A model generated the notes under the pieces. The model had not been told where the DNA came from. It made no database searches and saw only the letters and a program-made list of their open reading frames with translations. From Bdellovibrionales bacterium (GTDB taxonomy: Bacteria > Pseudomonadota > Alphaproteobacteria > JAIXQD01): DNA of 64,000 nucleotides. Positions 28,392-36,200 of the stretch are shown here, one piece after another. Position numbers and translations under genes: made by a program. Position 1 is the stretch's first letter. Every line of letters begins with the position of its first letter. The stretch is taken from positions 3,214 through 67,213 of the forward strand of contig JBFWRI010000008.1 in the NCBI GenBank assembly GCA_050248995.1, read 5' to 3'.

Positions 28392-30398
28392 GTGACTCGC
28401 GCTTTCGCACGACCGATGTGGCTTAGGTACTGTCTTCTGGCGGTACTGCTGCTGTGCGCCAGCTTTGCATCAACGGCAGACGCGCGCAGCTGGGACACCT
28501 ATGGCTTTCGCGACAATGAATTAGAGCCGCGCGACCCAATCATTTATCCGGACGATACTTATACGCCGCCTGTGCAAGAGCCCGAACCAACGCCGACACC
28601 GACTCCTGAGCCAGAGCCGACACCAATGCCGACGCAGGATACAGGTGGGGTCATTCCTTCTGTCAGTGAACTTCCACCGCTGGATGAAATTGTCGGCGAC
28701 GGCGCGCAAACAGCCGTTGATTTCGCAGAGGATGTTCTGGATTCCGTCGAAGATATTGCTACGGCCATTCGTGATATGCTGCGCGCGGATGACCGCATTG
28801 ACATTTCAGAGGGTGGTGCGCTGTCGGTCGGTGCACAAAACGTCCTTGTGTACGAACATGGTATTTGCCGCTGGCTGGATAACGAAAGCGTCGGCGCCGA
28901 GCTGCTCGTTCCTTACAGAACGAGTGCCGAATGGCAGGCCTTCCTTGATAACGCGCCCGCCGGCGTGACGCGTGCGGGCTGCTGCCCCGCTGCGACAGCT
29001 ATGCTGACATCATCGGATGGGCAATCGGTCTCATTTGAACTGGATATCGGCCGTGACGGTGCGCTGAACTCGCTGGGCCGCCGCATGCTGAGCCATACGT
29101 TTACGCTGGGTGCTGGCGGCACGGAAACGGTGCGCCAGATTTATGTCTGCACAGGTGATGCATGGGTTGGAGAAGGTGTTGTGCGCACCAGCGACCCTGG
29201 CGACGAAACAACCGAACCGACCACTGAGGAAAATGATCCTGTAACACCTGATGGCCCGGCTGACGTTTGCTATCCGGCGTCGTCACGCGATGTGAAGGTG
29301 ACATGGACGGGTCAATGGCGTCGTGGATGGAGCGGCAACGCCACGTTCACCAAGAGCGGTATCGGCAGGGTGCAGCAAGTCTATATGAATGCTGATGGTA
29401 CCATTACCAGCAACGGTAGTGGCGACCGCAGTACGGCGATCTTCAATCTTGAAGAACCAATCGCCGATGCTGACGTGAAGGTTACAGCCGTATACGGTAG
29501 CTATAGCGGTGACCTGAACGGCGGCCCTGGCCCCTTCAGCCGCGGCGAAGCCAAGGTTGCAGAGTTCCATATTGCTTCAGGGCAGAATATCAACCTGAGC
29601 AATACGCCAGCCACCGGCATCTTCTATTCGCGCCAGCGCATGGGCCGTCCGTTCATGATGACGAACAACGCAATCTATATGCCGTCGTATGATAGTTCGC
29701 CGAACCTGAAGAGTCTGACGGTTGAATATACAAAGGACACAGGTGCGGCCGAAGTCGATCCGAGCCTGATCCCAGCCTGTACACCGATGCCTGAGAATTT
29801 CCAAGTTGGTATCCATGCCTATGACGGCGACAGGTTCGAAGTTGAATTCGACCTTAAAACCGGCACGGCGCAGCTGATCTTCCTGAACTACACACGTCGC
29901 GGCACTGAATATGGCGTCGGTAAGGGATGGTATGCCAGCATTCCGACGCTGAGCTATGATGACTTGTGCGAGGGCAGCTCGACAATGGATATCGGCTCGG
30001 CCAATGCGCGGTTGTGGATTTCGGGCGATAGTGTGGACGGATCGGTTGACTACATCGTCACCCAAAAACCGACGTGCGAGAACGGGCTTGTCGGCCGCGT
30101 AGCGGTTGATGACACAACGAACGGCTGGGGTAAATATCGCCACCCGGTCAGTGGCCTGTTTACGTTCCCGCTGACACGTGCGTGCCAGTGTTCAAATGCA
30201 TGCACAGCAGACCAGGAGATCTGGGGTGGAGCATGTGTGTCGAAATGCCCAACCGGCCAAGTGCGCAATACTTCGACAGGCGTATGTTATACACCGGTCC
30301 CAGTTGAATCTAACCCCTGCGAGTCGAAGCCTTGGCTTTGTGAGGATGGTGGCCGCGTTGATAGTGATGGGGAAAACATCTATCAAAACCTGCAGTAA
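28392..30398 (+). CDS. secreted Cys-rich protein, array member 2 (668 aa)
   Basis: GTG start 6 nt after the G6 tract. Signal peptide ending STADA. Pro/Thr/Glu linker. Conserved module at aa 137-264. EGF-like Cys-rich C-terminus ending in the KPWLCED motif. Confidence 0.7.
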   Translation: MTRAFARPMWLRYCLLAVLLLCASFASTADARSWDTYGFRDNELEPRDPIIYPDDTYTPPVQEPEPTPTPTPEPEPTPMPTQDTGGVIPSVSELPPLDEIVGDGAQTAVDFAEDVLDSVEDIATAIRDMLRADDRIDISEGGALSVGAQNVLVYEHGICRWLDNESVGAELLVPYRTSAEWQAFLDNAPAGVTRAGCCPAATAMLTSSDGQSVSFELDIGRDGALNSLGRRMLSHTFTLGAGGTETVRQIYVCTGDAWVGEGVVRTSDPGDETTEPTTEENDPVTPDGPADVCYPASSRDVKVTWTGQWRRGWSGNATFTKSGIGRVQQVYMNADGTITSNGSGDRSTAIFNLEEPIADADVKVTAVYGSYSGDLNGGPGPFSRGEAKVAEFHIASGQNINLSNTPATGIFYSRQRMGRPFMMTNNAIYMPSYDSSPNLKSLTVEYTKDTGAAEVDPSLIPACTPMPENFQVGIHAYDGDRFEVEFDLKTGTAQLIFLNYTRRGTEYGVGKGWYASIPTLSYDDLCEGSSTMDIGSANARLWISGDSVDGSVDYIVTQKPTCENGLVGRVAVDDTTNGWGKYRHPVSGLFTFPLTRACQCSNACTADQEIWGGACVSKCPTGQVRNTSTGVCYTPVPVESNPCESKPWLCEDGGRVDSDGENIYQNLQ

Positions 30399-30489
30399 CA
30401 TACGCTTACACAGTCAAGTCAGCCTGCTGCCATAGGTTGTTTTGAATCACAGAATTATGAAATATCATTAAGTATCAAGCAATTAGTCG

Positions 30490-30566
30490 TTCCGACTCTT
30501 TAACGGTTTGTTTTGGTCTGTAGTATAGCCTGACTGTGGGAAATGCCTGATTGGGGGGCAATAGAC
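30490..30566 (+). promoter_or_regulatory. conserved promoter/leader box, copy 3
   Basis: TTCCG-N5-TTTAAC-N33-GGGAAATGCCTG-att-GGGGGGCA-N6-GTG. Confidence 0.6.
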
Positions 30567-32255
30567 GTGTCGGGGCTGACAGTAATAAAAATAATGTGTT
30601 TGCGCTGCATGACGCTCGCTGCACTTTGTGTAGTGCTTGCTGCCCCTGCTTATGCCACCCCGCCGCGCGAATTCGAGCCGATTGATCCCTATGACAGACC
30701 GTTCCCCGAGATTCCCGATATTCAGCTGCCGTCCACCGACGGTGTGGGCAACACGGTTGGCGGTACCGCTACCGATGCTAACGAACAGGTCGTGGAGCCT
30801 GTTGTTGAAACTGTCAAAGATCTACTGACGGACACCAGCCAGATTGCTTCAGCAGCTGCTACTGCCCTGCGCCGTGATTTAATTGCAGCACTGGGTGTTG
30901 ACATCGCAAATGGTGGCGTTCTGCCTTTTGGCGTCAGCAATGCGCTGGTTGACCGCCATGGCATGTGCCGCTGGTTGGATAATGCCAGCAGTGTCGATTA
31001 CTTTGTGCCTCTTCGCACTGCTGCGGAATGGGCCGCTTTCGTTAACAACGCGCCACCCAACGTTACGCGCGCTGCCTGCTGTCCGGCGCGCAGTGTTACG
31101 CTGGTGGCGTCCGACGGGCAGTCGGTCAGCTTCAACCTTGATACGGGGCGCGAAGGCGCAACATCCGAACTGGGCGTGCAATCGCTCAGTCATGTCTTTA
31201 CATTGGCCGATTCATCGACCGAAACCGTCAGCGAAGTTTATGTCTGCCAGGGCGAAGTATGGACGGGCCAAGGCGTGACACGCGATGGCGAGGAGACAGA
31301 AGAAGTCCCTGGCGATTGGGCAAACGCTGGCTGTGGTGGCGCAATTTCGACAGGCTTTAACTGTGTATCAGCAGAACCTGTATTCACGACTTGTCCAGCG
31401 GGTACGATGGCGCAGGAATCGACCTTGCCGATGATGGATTATGACTGCCCCGGTGAAGACGGCTACATCCTTGCGCCAGTAGCAGGCCGCTGTGTAGCCG
31501 ATGCGTCATGCGCAGTGCCTGAAGAGCCCGAGGTGGTGGATGGCTGCTTTGTAGGTCAGGACCTGTTGTTTATTCAGGATGTGACGGGGTCGTACAAGGA
31601 CGATATTCCAAACCTGAATAGCGCCTTTAGCGCGCTGGCTACGGATCCGCGCGTTAGCGAGTGGGGCTTCGGGGTTATGACTTTCGGGCCTCAAAATGAC
31701 ACGCATAATAACTTTATGAGTATGGCAGATAGCAAGTTAGGCAGCTTCAGTTACCGCAAACTTCTGCAACCAAGCAAGTTGCGAGGCAATTCGAAGTCGC
31801 AGATGCAGGCCATGGAGTATGCGTTGAAGACTTATACAAGGACAAGCGGCCGCCTTGCTGTTGTATTGGCAACAGATGATGCTGACTTTGGTAACGATTT
31901 CCTGAGCAGCCGACTTCCTGCAGCCACCCTGCTGCGCGCAGCCAATGCCGAGCTATTCGTGCTGCAAGGTACGCTACCGGGTAAAGAAACCGATGTGCGC
32001 CTCTTTTATCAGAAGTTCATGAACGACAACCAGATCAACGGCCGCATCGTGCCGCTGACGGCGAACTCGGCGAACCTTTACGACAAGATCATCGAAACCG
32101 TGTGCGATGGATCGGCGCCACCGCCACCACCGCCGCCGCCGCTGAATACGACGCCTGACCCTGATACCGGGACCAGCATATGCGATATGAAGCCGTGGAT
32201 GTGCGAAGACCTGGGTAGCGTTGCCGACCGATTTAGTGGTTATTCTATCTACTAA
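30543..32255 (+). CDS. secreted protein, array member 3 (570 aa from ATG 30543): conserved module + Cys-rich linker + integrin-beta-like VWA domain
   Basis: By analogy with members 2 and 4 the real start is probably GTG 30567. Signal peptide ending APAYA. Module at aa 120-244. VWA-like region with DLLFIQDVTGSYKDD, WGFGVMTFG and AVVLATDD. Poly-Pro tract, then KPWMCED. Confidence 0.7.
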   Translation: MPDWGAIDVSGLTVIKIMCLRCMTLAALCVVLAAPAYATPPREFEPIDPYDRPFPEIPDIQLPSTDGVGNTVGGTATDANEQVVEPVVETVKDLLTDTSQIASAAATALRRDLIAALGVDIANGGVLPFGVSNALVDRHGMCRWLDNASSVDYFVPLRTAAEWAAFVNNAPPNVTRAACCPARSVTLVASDGQSVSFNLDTGREGATSELGVQSLSHVFTLADSSTETVSEVYVCQGEVWTGQGVTRDGEETEEVPGDWANAGCGGAISTGFNCVSAEPVFTTCPAGTMAQESTLPMMDYDCPGEDGYILAPVAGRCVADASCAVPEEPEVVDGCFVGQDLLFIQDVTGSYKDDIPNLNSAFSALATDPRVSEWGFGVMTFGPQNDTHNNFMSMADSKLGSFSYRKLLQPSKLRGNSKSQMQAMEYALKTYTRTSGRLAVVLATDDADFGNDFLSSRLPAATLLRAANAELFVLQGTLPGKETDVRLFYQKFMNDNQINGRIVPLTANSANLYDKIIETVCDGSAPPPPPPPPLNTTPDPDTGTSICDMKPWMCEDLGSVADRFSGYSIY

Positions 32256-32293
32256 TCAGTACAATACTATTATAAATCAATTAGTTATAATAT

Positions 32294-32371
32294 TTCCGGG
32301 TATTTAACATTTAATTTTATCTATCCCTGTATTCTCAGTATGGGAATTGCCTGTTTTTGGGGGGCATAGGG
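32294..32371 (+). promoter_or_regulatory. conserved promoter/leader box, copy 4
   Basis: TTCCGG-N4-TTTAAC-N33-GGGAATTGCCTG-ttttt-GGGGGGCA-N5-GTG. Confidence 0.6.
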
Positions 32372-34027
32372 GTGTTGGGTTTCAAGGCCATATCTGTAAC
32401 CGCGTTACGCTGCATGGCAGCAGCCTTCCTTTGCATGCTCGTTTTTGCGTTGCCCGCCCATGCAGTTGAACAGCCGGGCGGAGACGATCCGCTTGTGCGC
32501 AACAGCCTGCAGCAGGATCGTAATATGGATATCGGCAACGGCGGCGCCCTGAGTGCTGGCGCGCAGAACGTTCTGGTCGATAAGTGGGGCCAGTGCCGTT
32601 GGCTGGATAACGCCGATGACCAGATTTACCTTGTACCCTATCGCAGCAGTGCCGAGTGGGCCGCGTTCCTGAATAATGCTCCGTCACTGATTACGCGCGC
32701 CCGCTGCTGCCCAGCGCGGACCATCACGTTGTCGGCATCCGACGGACAGTCAGTGAACTTTGATATTGATACGGGCCGTGAAGGCGGTGCCGGAGTGCTG
32801 GGCGCACGGTCATTTAGTCATACCTTCACACTGGCCGATTCATCCACCGAGACTGTCAGTGAAGTCTATATCTGCCAGAACGAAGTATGGACCGGTCAGG
32901 GCCCGACTACGGTAACGACACCCGGCGATTGCGGCGCCTATAGCCATGGCGATACATGGTGGGTTGATGGTGCCACGGAACACACGGATACGGATATCGT
33001 TTGCCCGGACGGCCAGGCTGGTATTCACCGCGATTACTTCCAGATGCAAAATCAATATATCTGTAACAGCGGTTCATCGGACCCGACCGGAGTGACGCAA
33101 ACAGTTGATGTGGGTGGCGACGAGGATATCTGTCCGCCATCGACCGACTTTGACGAATTCGTTTTTGCCAGCAGCTGCGAAGCGGTGATGGGTGCCGTGA
33201 AGTCGTGTGTCAGCGATGGCACATCTTGCGTAACGCCAAAAAATGGCCCGGGCATCGTGCAACCGATGAATCGCGCATCGCACGATGGCATGTGGTGCAG
33301 TTCGATCGCCTCGCACGATACGGGCCTGGATGGTGCCAAGTCGGTATTCGATCTGGCGGATGTGATGAGCCGTGCGCCCGCGGGCCCTGTGCTGGTTATC
33401 TTGCCGGTTGACCCATGGGGCGGCCTGCGTACGAAGGAGTACGCCCACCATGTGGCGAGCCCGACAATGCCAAGTTACATTTATGATGTTGGATATCCTT
33501 CGCCTACGTACGGCGCTACGGGAAGCGTAGCGGCAATCAAGATGGTAATCACCGACCGCAACGTCAGTCAGTCGAAAACCATCACCCAGTCAACCGTGGC
33601 TCTGGTCAGCGGTCGTCCGGAAGACTTGTCGCAGAACATCACCATCAAGCTTAATTACGATGGCAGCACCAAGCAAATGGCGATCGAGTATGGCCGCAGC
33701 GGCCGCTGGATGAAGAACAACTTCACGCCGTGGCAGAGCCAGCTTGAGAAGGGTTGGGGTAACGGCAAGGTCTGGAGCGAAGTGCGCGTCATGGCGCCGG
33801 TGCGCCCTGTGTGTGGTGCCGGGTATTGCGGCAGCATCCCGCCCCTTGAGGCGCGTTGTGTCCTTGGCACGCCCAGCACAGTGACAACGTATAATATTCC
33901 GCCGGCCGAGCAGGTTCTGTTTGGCCCGACCGTTCGCCACACGTGGACGTGTATGGGCCCTGAGGGCGATACGGCGTCGTGCGTATCGCAGGATGGCGGC
34001 CTGTGCGGCATGAGCTTTGGTATGTAG
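32357..34027 (+). CDS. secreted Cys-rich protein, array member 4 (556 aa from TTG 32357; likely GTG 32372)
   Basis: Signal peptide ending LPAHA. Module at aa 58-182. C-terminal CG..C...WTC...SC module at aa 486-543. Confidence 0.7.
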   Translation: MGGIGVLGFKAISVTALRCMAAAFLCMLVFALPAHAVEQPGGDDPLVRNSLQQDRNMDIGNGGALSAGAQNVLVDKWGQCRWLDNADDQIYLVPYRSSAEWAAFLNNAPSLITRARCCPARTITLSASDGQSVNFDIDTGREGGAGVLGARSFSHTFTLADSSTETVSEVYICQNEVWTGQGPTTVTTPGDCGAYSHGDTWWVDGATEHTDTDIVCPDGQAGIHRDYFQMQNQYICNSGSSDPTGVTQTVDVGGDEDICPPSTDFDEFVFASSCEAVMGAVKSCVSDGTSCVTPKNGPGIVQPMNRASHDGMWCSSIASHDTGLDGAKSVFDLADVMSRAPAGPVLVILPVDPWGGLRTKEYAHHVASPTMPSYIYDVGYPSPTYGATGSVAAIKMVITDRNVSQSKTITQSTVALVSGRPEDLSQNITIKLNYDGSTKQMAIEYGRSGRWMKNNFTPWQSQLEKGWGNGKVWSEVRVMAPVRPVCGAGYCGSIPPLEARCVLGTPSTVTTYNIPPAEQVLFGPTVRHTWTCMGPEGDTASCVSQDGGLCGMSFGM

Positions 34028-34033
34028 GAAATC

Positions 34034-35038
34034 ATGAAGCGGTTCATGACACGGAAAAACATTATAGCTGTGCCCAACCTGTCTGGTGTGGCGTTACTGC
34101 TTCTGTACAGCATTTTTGTTGGTTCCATTGCGCACGCTCAGGAGCAGCAAGGGCTTTCTAATTACCCCGTACGCAATGATCTGCAACAAGACCGCAATAT
34201 GAGCATCAGCAACGGTGGTGCATTGAGCGTTGGTGCCCAGAACGTTCTGGTCGACCAATGGGGCCAGTGCCGCTGGCTGGATAACGCCGATAACAAGGTT
34301 TACCTTGTGCCCTACCGCAGCAGCACTGAATGGGCTGCGTTCCTGAATCACGCGCCTGCACTTATTACCCGTGCGCGATGCTGCCCGGCCCGCACCGTGA
34401 GTTTGACAGCATCAGACGGCCAGTCGGCGAGTTTTGATCTTGATACGGGCCGTGTCGGCGCAGGCAATATGCTGGGTGTACGTTCGCTAAGCCACGTCTT
34501 CACGTTGGCAGATGCGTCCACCGAGACCGTTAGCGAGATTTTCGTCTGCCAGGATGGTGTATGGACCGGGCAGGGTGTTGTGCGCGATGGCGAACCGGTT
34601 GAAGAGCCTGAAGTGCCTGAAACCCCCGATGAGCCGGTGCTGCCGGAAGAAGACCCACCGGTTATCGAGGCAGAAACCTGTGTGCCGACCAATGAGGAGT
34701 GGAATTTCTTTGGCTGGTATGAAAGCTGGGAAGGCGCCTGTGCTGAGCGCGTACGCGCCGCTGCTGAACTGGGATCACTGACGCCTGCAGAGAGGGTAGA
34801 GCTTGCCACCTATTCAGTTGGGCGCATCGTGCGGATGTTCATTGATCTGCCGCCGTGCCCTGCCGAAGGTGTTGCCATCAGTACCGGGGCCTGTATCACA
34901 CGCGTCACCGTCAGGGACTCGCGGACGATTGGCAACATGGGCCCGATGCCGTGGTATTGCTCGGTGAAAGTCAGGTCATGCAGCGGCCCGCCTGAGCTGC
35001 GTGCGTATGAGTCTCCCTTCATGGAACTGGCAGATTAA
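34034..35038 (+). CDS. secreted protein, array member 5 (334 aa)
   Basis: Starts 6 nt after member 4 and has no leader box of its own. Signal peptide ending SIAHA. Module at aa 57-181, closest to member 4. Confidence 0.7.
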   Translation: MKRFMTRKNIIAVPNLSGVALLLLYSIFVGSIAHAQEQQGLSNYPVRNDLQQDRNMSISNGGALSVGAQNVLVDQWGQCRWLDNADNKVYLVPYRSSTEWAAFLNHAPALITRARCCPARTVSLTASDGQSASFDLDTGRVGAGNMLGVRSLSHVFTLADASTETVSEIFVCQDGVWTGQGVVRDGEPVEEPEVPETPDEPVLPEEDPPVIEAETCVPTNEEWNFFGWYESWEGACAERVRAAAELGSLTPAERVELATYSVGRIVRMFIDLPPCPAEGVAISTGACITRVTVRDSRTIGNMGPMPWYCSVKVRSCSGPPELRAYESPFMELAD

Positions 35039-35053
35039 ATCTTGTGACAGAAA

Positions 35054-35088
35054 TAAAAAGGCCGGGAATTTCTTCCCGGCCTTTTTTG
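35054..35088. terminator. bidirectional rho-independent terminator
   Basis: A-run, stem GGCCGGGAA / TTCCCGGCC with loop TTTC, then T6. Lies between convergent array member 5 and nrdB. Confidence 0.85.
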
Positions 35089-35111
35089 TGTCTGGAGCGA
35101 CTACATAAACT

Positions 35112-36110
35112 TTAAAAAACCTCTTCCCATGTGCCTTGGGTGGCGGCCTTTGAATATTCGGTGGCGCGGGCTTCGAAGAAGTTGGCGTGTTCAACACCGT
35201 TCATCATCTCATCCATCCACGGCAGCGGATTCTTGTTGGTGCCATACAGCGGCTTCAGGCCTAGCTGGCCCAGGCGGCGGTCGGCGATGTAGCGGATGTA
35301 AGCCTTCACTTCGTCGCTGGTTAGACCTTCGATGCCACCCATTTCGAAGGCGAGGTCGATGAATGCATCTTCGTGTTCGACGATCGTGTCGCAGACTTCC
35401 AGCAGCGCCTGGTCTAGTTCAGGTCCCTGGATCTGCGGGTTTTCCTGAACGAAGGTCTTGAACAGGCGCATGATTGACTGGCAGTGCAGGGTTTCATCGC
35501 GCACTGACCAGGTGACAATCTGGCCCATACCCTTCATTTTACCGAAGCGCGGGAAGTTCATCAGGATCGCGAACGAAGCAAACAGCTGCAGGCCTTCGGT
35601 GAACGCGCCAAAAGCGGCCAGCGTTTTGGCGATTTCAAACGGGTTATCGACGCTGAAGGTGTGCATGTAATCGTACTTGTCCTTCATCTGCTTGTACTTC
35701 ATGAAGGCCGAGTATTCGGTTTCGGGCATGCCGATGGTGTCGAGCAGGTGGCTGTAGGCGGCCACATGCACGGTTTCCATGTTTGCGAACGCCGTCAGCA
35801 TCATGACGATCTCGGTCGGCTGGAATACCTGACTGTACTGCTTGTTGTAGCAGTTGTTCACTTCAACGTCGGCCTGCGTGAAGAAGCGGAAGATCTGGGT
35901 CAGCAGGTTGCGCTCGGCAGCGGTCAGCTTCTTTTGCCAGTCCTTGACGTCGTCTGTCATCGGCACTTCTTCCGGCAACCAGTGCAGCTGCTGCTGTTTC
36001 AGCCATGCTTCATAAGCCCACGGATACTTGAACGGCTTGTAAACCGGGTTCGGCGTCATCAGTTGGCAAAGGTGCTGGGTATCTTCCATCTTGGCGGCTG
36101 CAAATGTCAT
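35112..36110 (-). CDS. nrdB: class I ribonucleotide reductase, beta subunit
   Basis: Di-iron/tyrosyl motif ETVHVAAYSHL (E-x2-H-x3-Y). ATG 36110 has GGAG 9 nt upstream; the ORF extends to ATG 36125. Confidence 0.9.
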   Translation of the reverse strand: MTFAAAKMEDTQHLCQLMTPNPVYKPFKYPWAYEAWLKQQQLHWLPEEVPMTDDVKDWQKKLTAAERNLLTQIFRFFTQADVEVNNCYNKQYSQVFQPTEIVMMLTAFANMETVHVAAYSHLLDTIGMPETEYSAFMKYKQMKDKYDYMHTFSVDNPFEIAKTLAAFGAFTEGLQLFASFAILMNFPRFGKMKGMGQIVTWSVRDETLHCQSIMRLFKTFVQENPQIQGPELDQALLEVCDTIVEHEDAFIDLAFEMGGIEGLTSDEVKAYIRYIADRRLGQLGLKPLYGTNKNPLPWMDEMMNGVEHANFFEARATEYSKAATQGTWEEVF

Positions 36111-36200
36111 AAAAGTGAACTCCATACATAGAACGAATAGGCGGGTTTGTTACCCCACTTTATTCCCTGATTGGAAGAATAAAGTGGGGCGGCTTGCCTT

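Noticed and set aside
28555-28640. Short-period nucleotide repetition (ccgacaccgactcctgagccagagccgacaccaatgccgac) that might be mistaken for a tandem or CRISPR-like repeat
   Set aside because: It lies in frame inside array member 2 and encodes a Pro/Thr/Glu linker (EPEPTPTPTPEPEPTPMPT). There is no repeat-spacer organisation.
28265-32371. The intergenic boxes of the secreted-protein array as integron attC sites, making the genes cassettes
   Set aside because: No RYYYAAC / GTTRRRY core pair with the required internal inverted repeats could be fitted. No integrase is nearby. The boxes sit 5' of each gene, like promoters/leaders, not 3' like attC.
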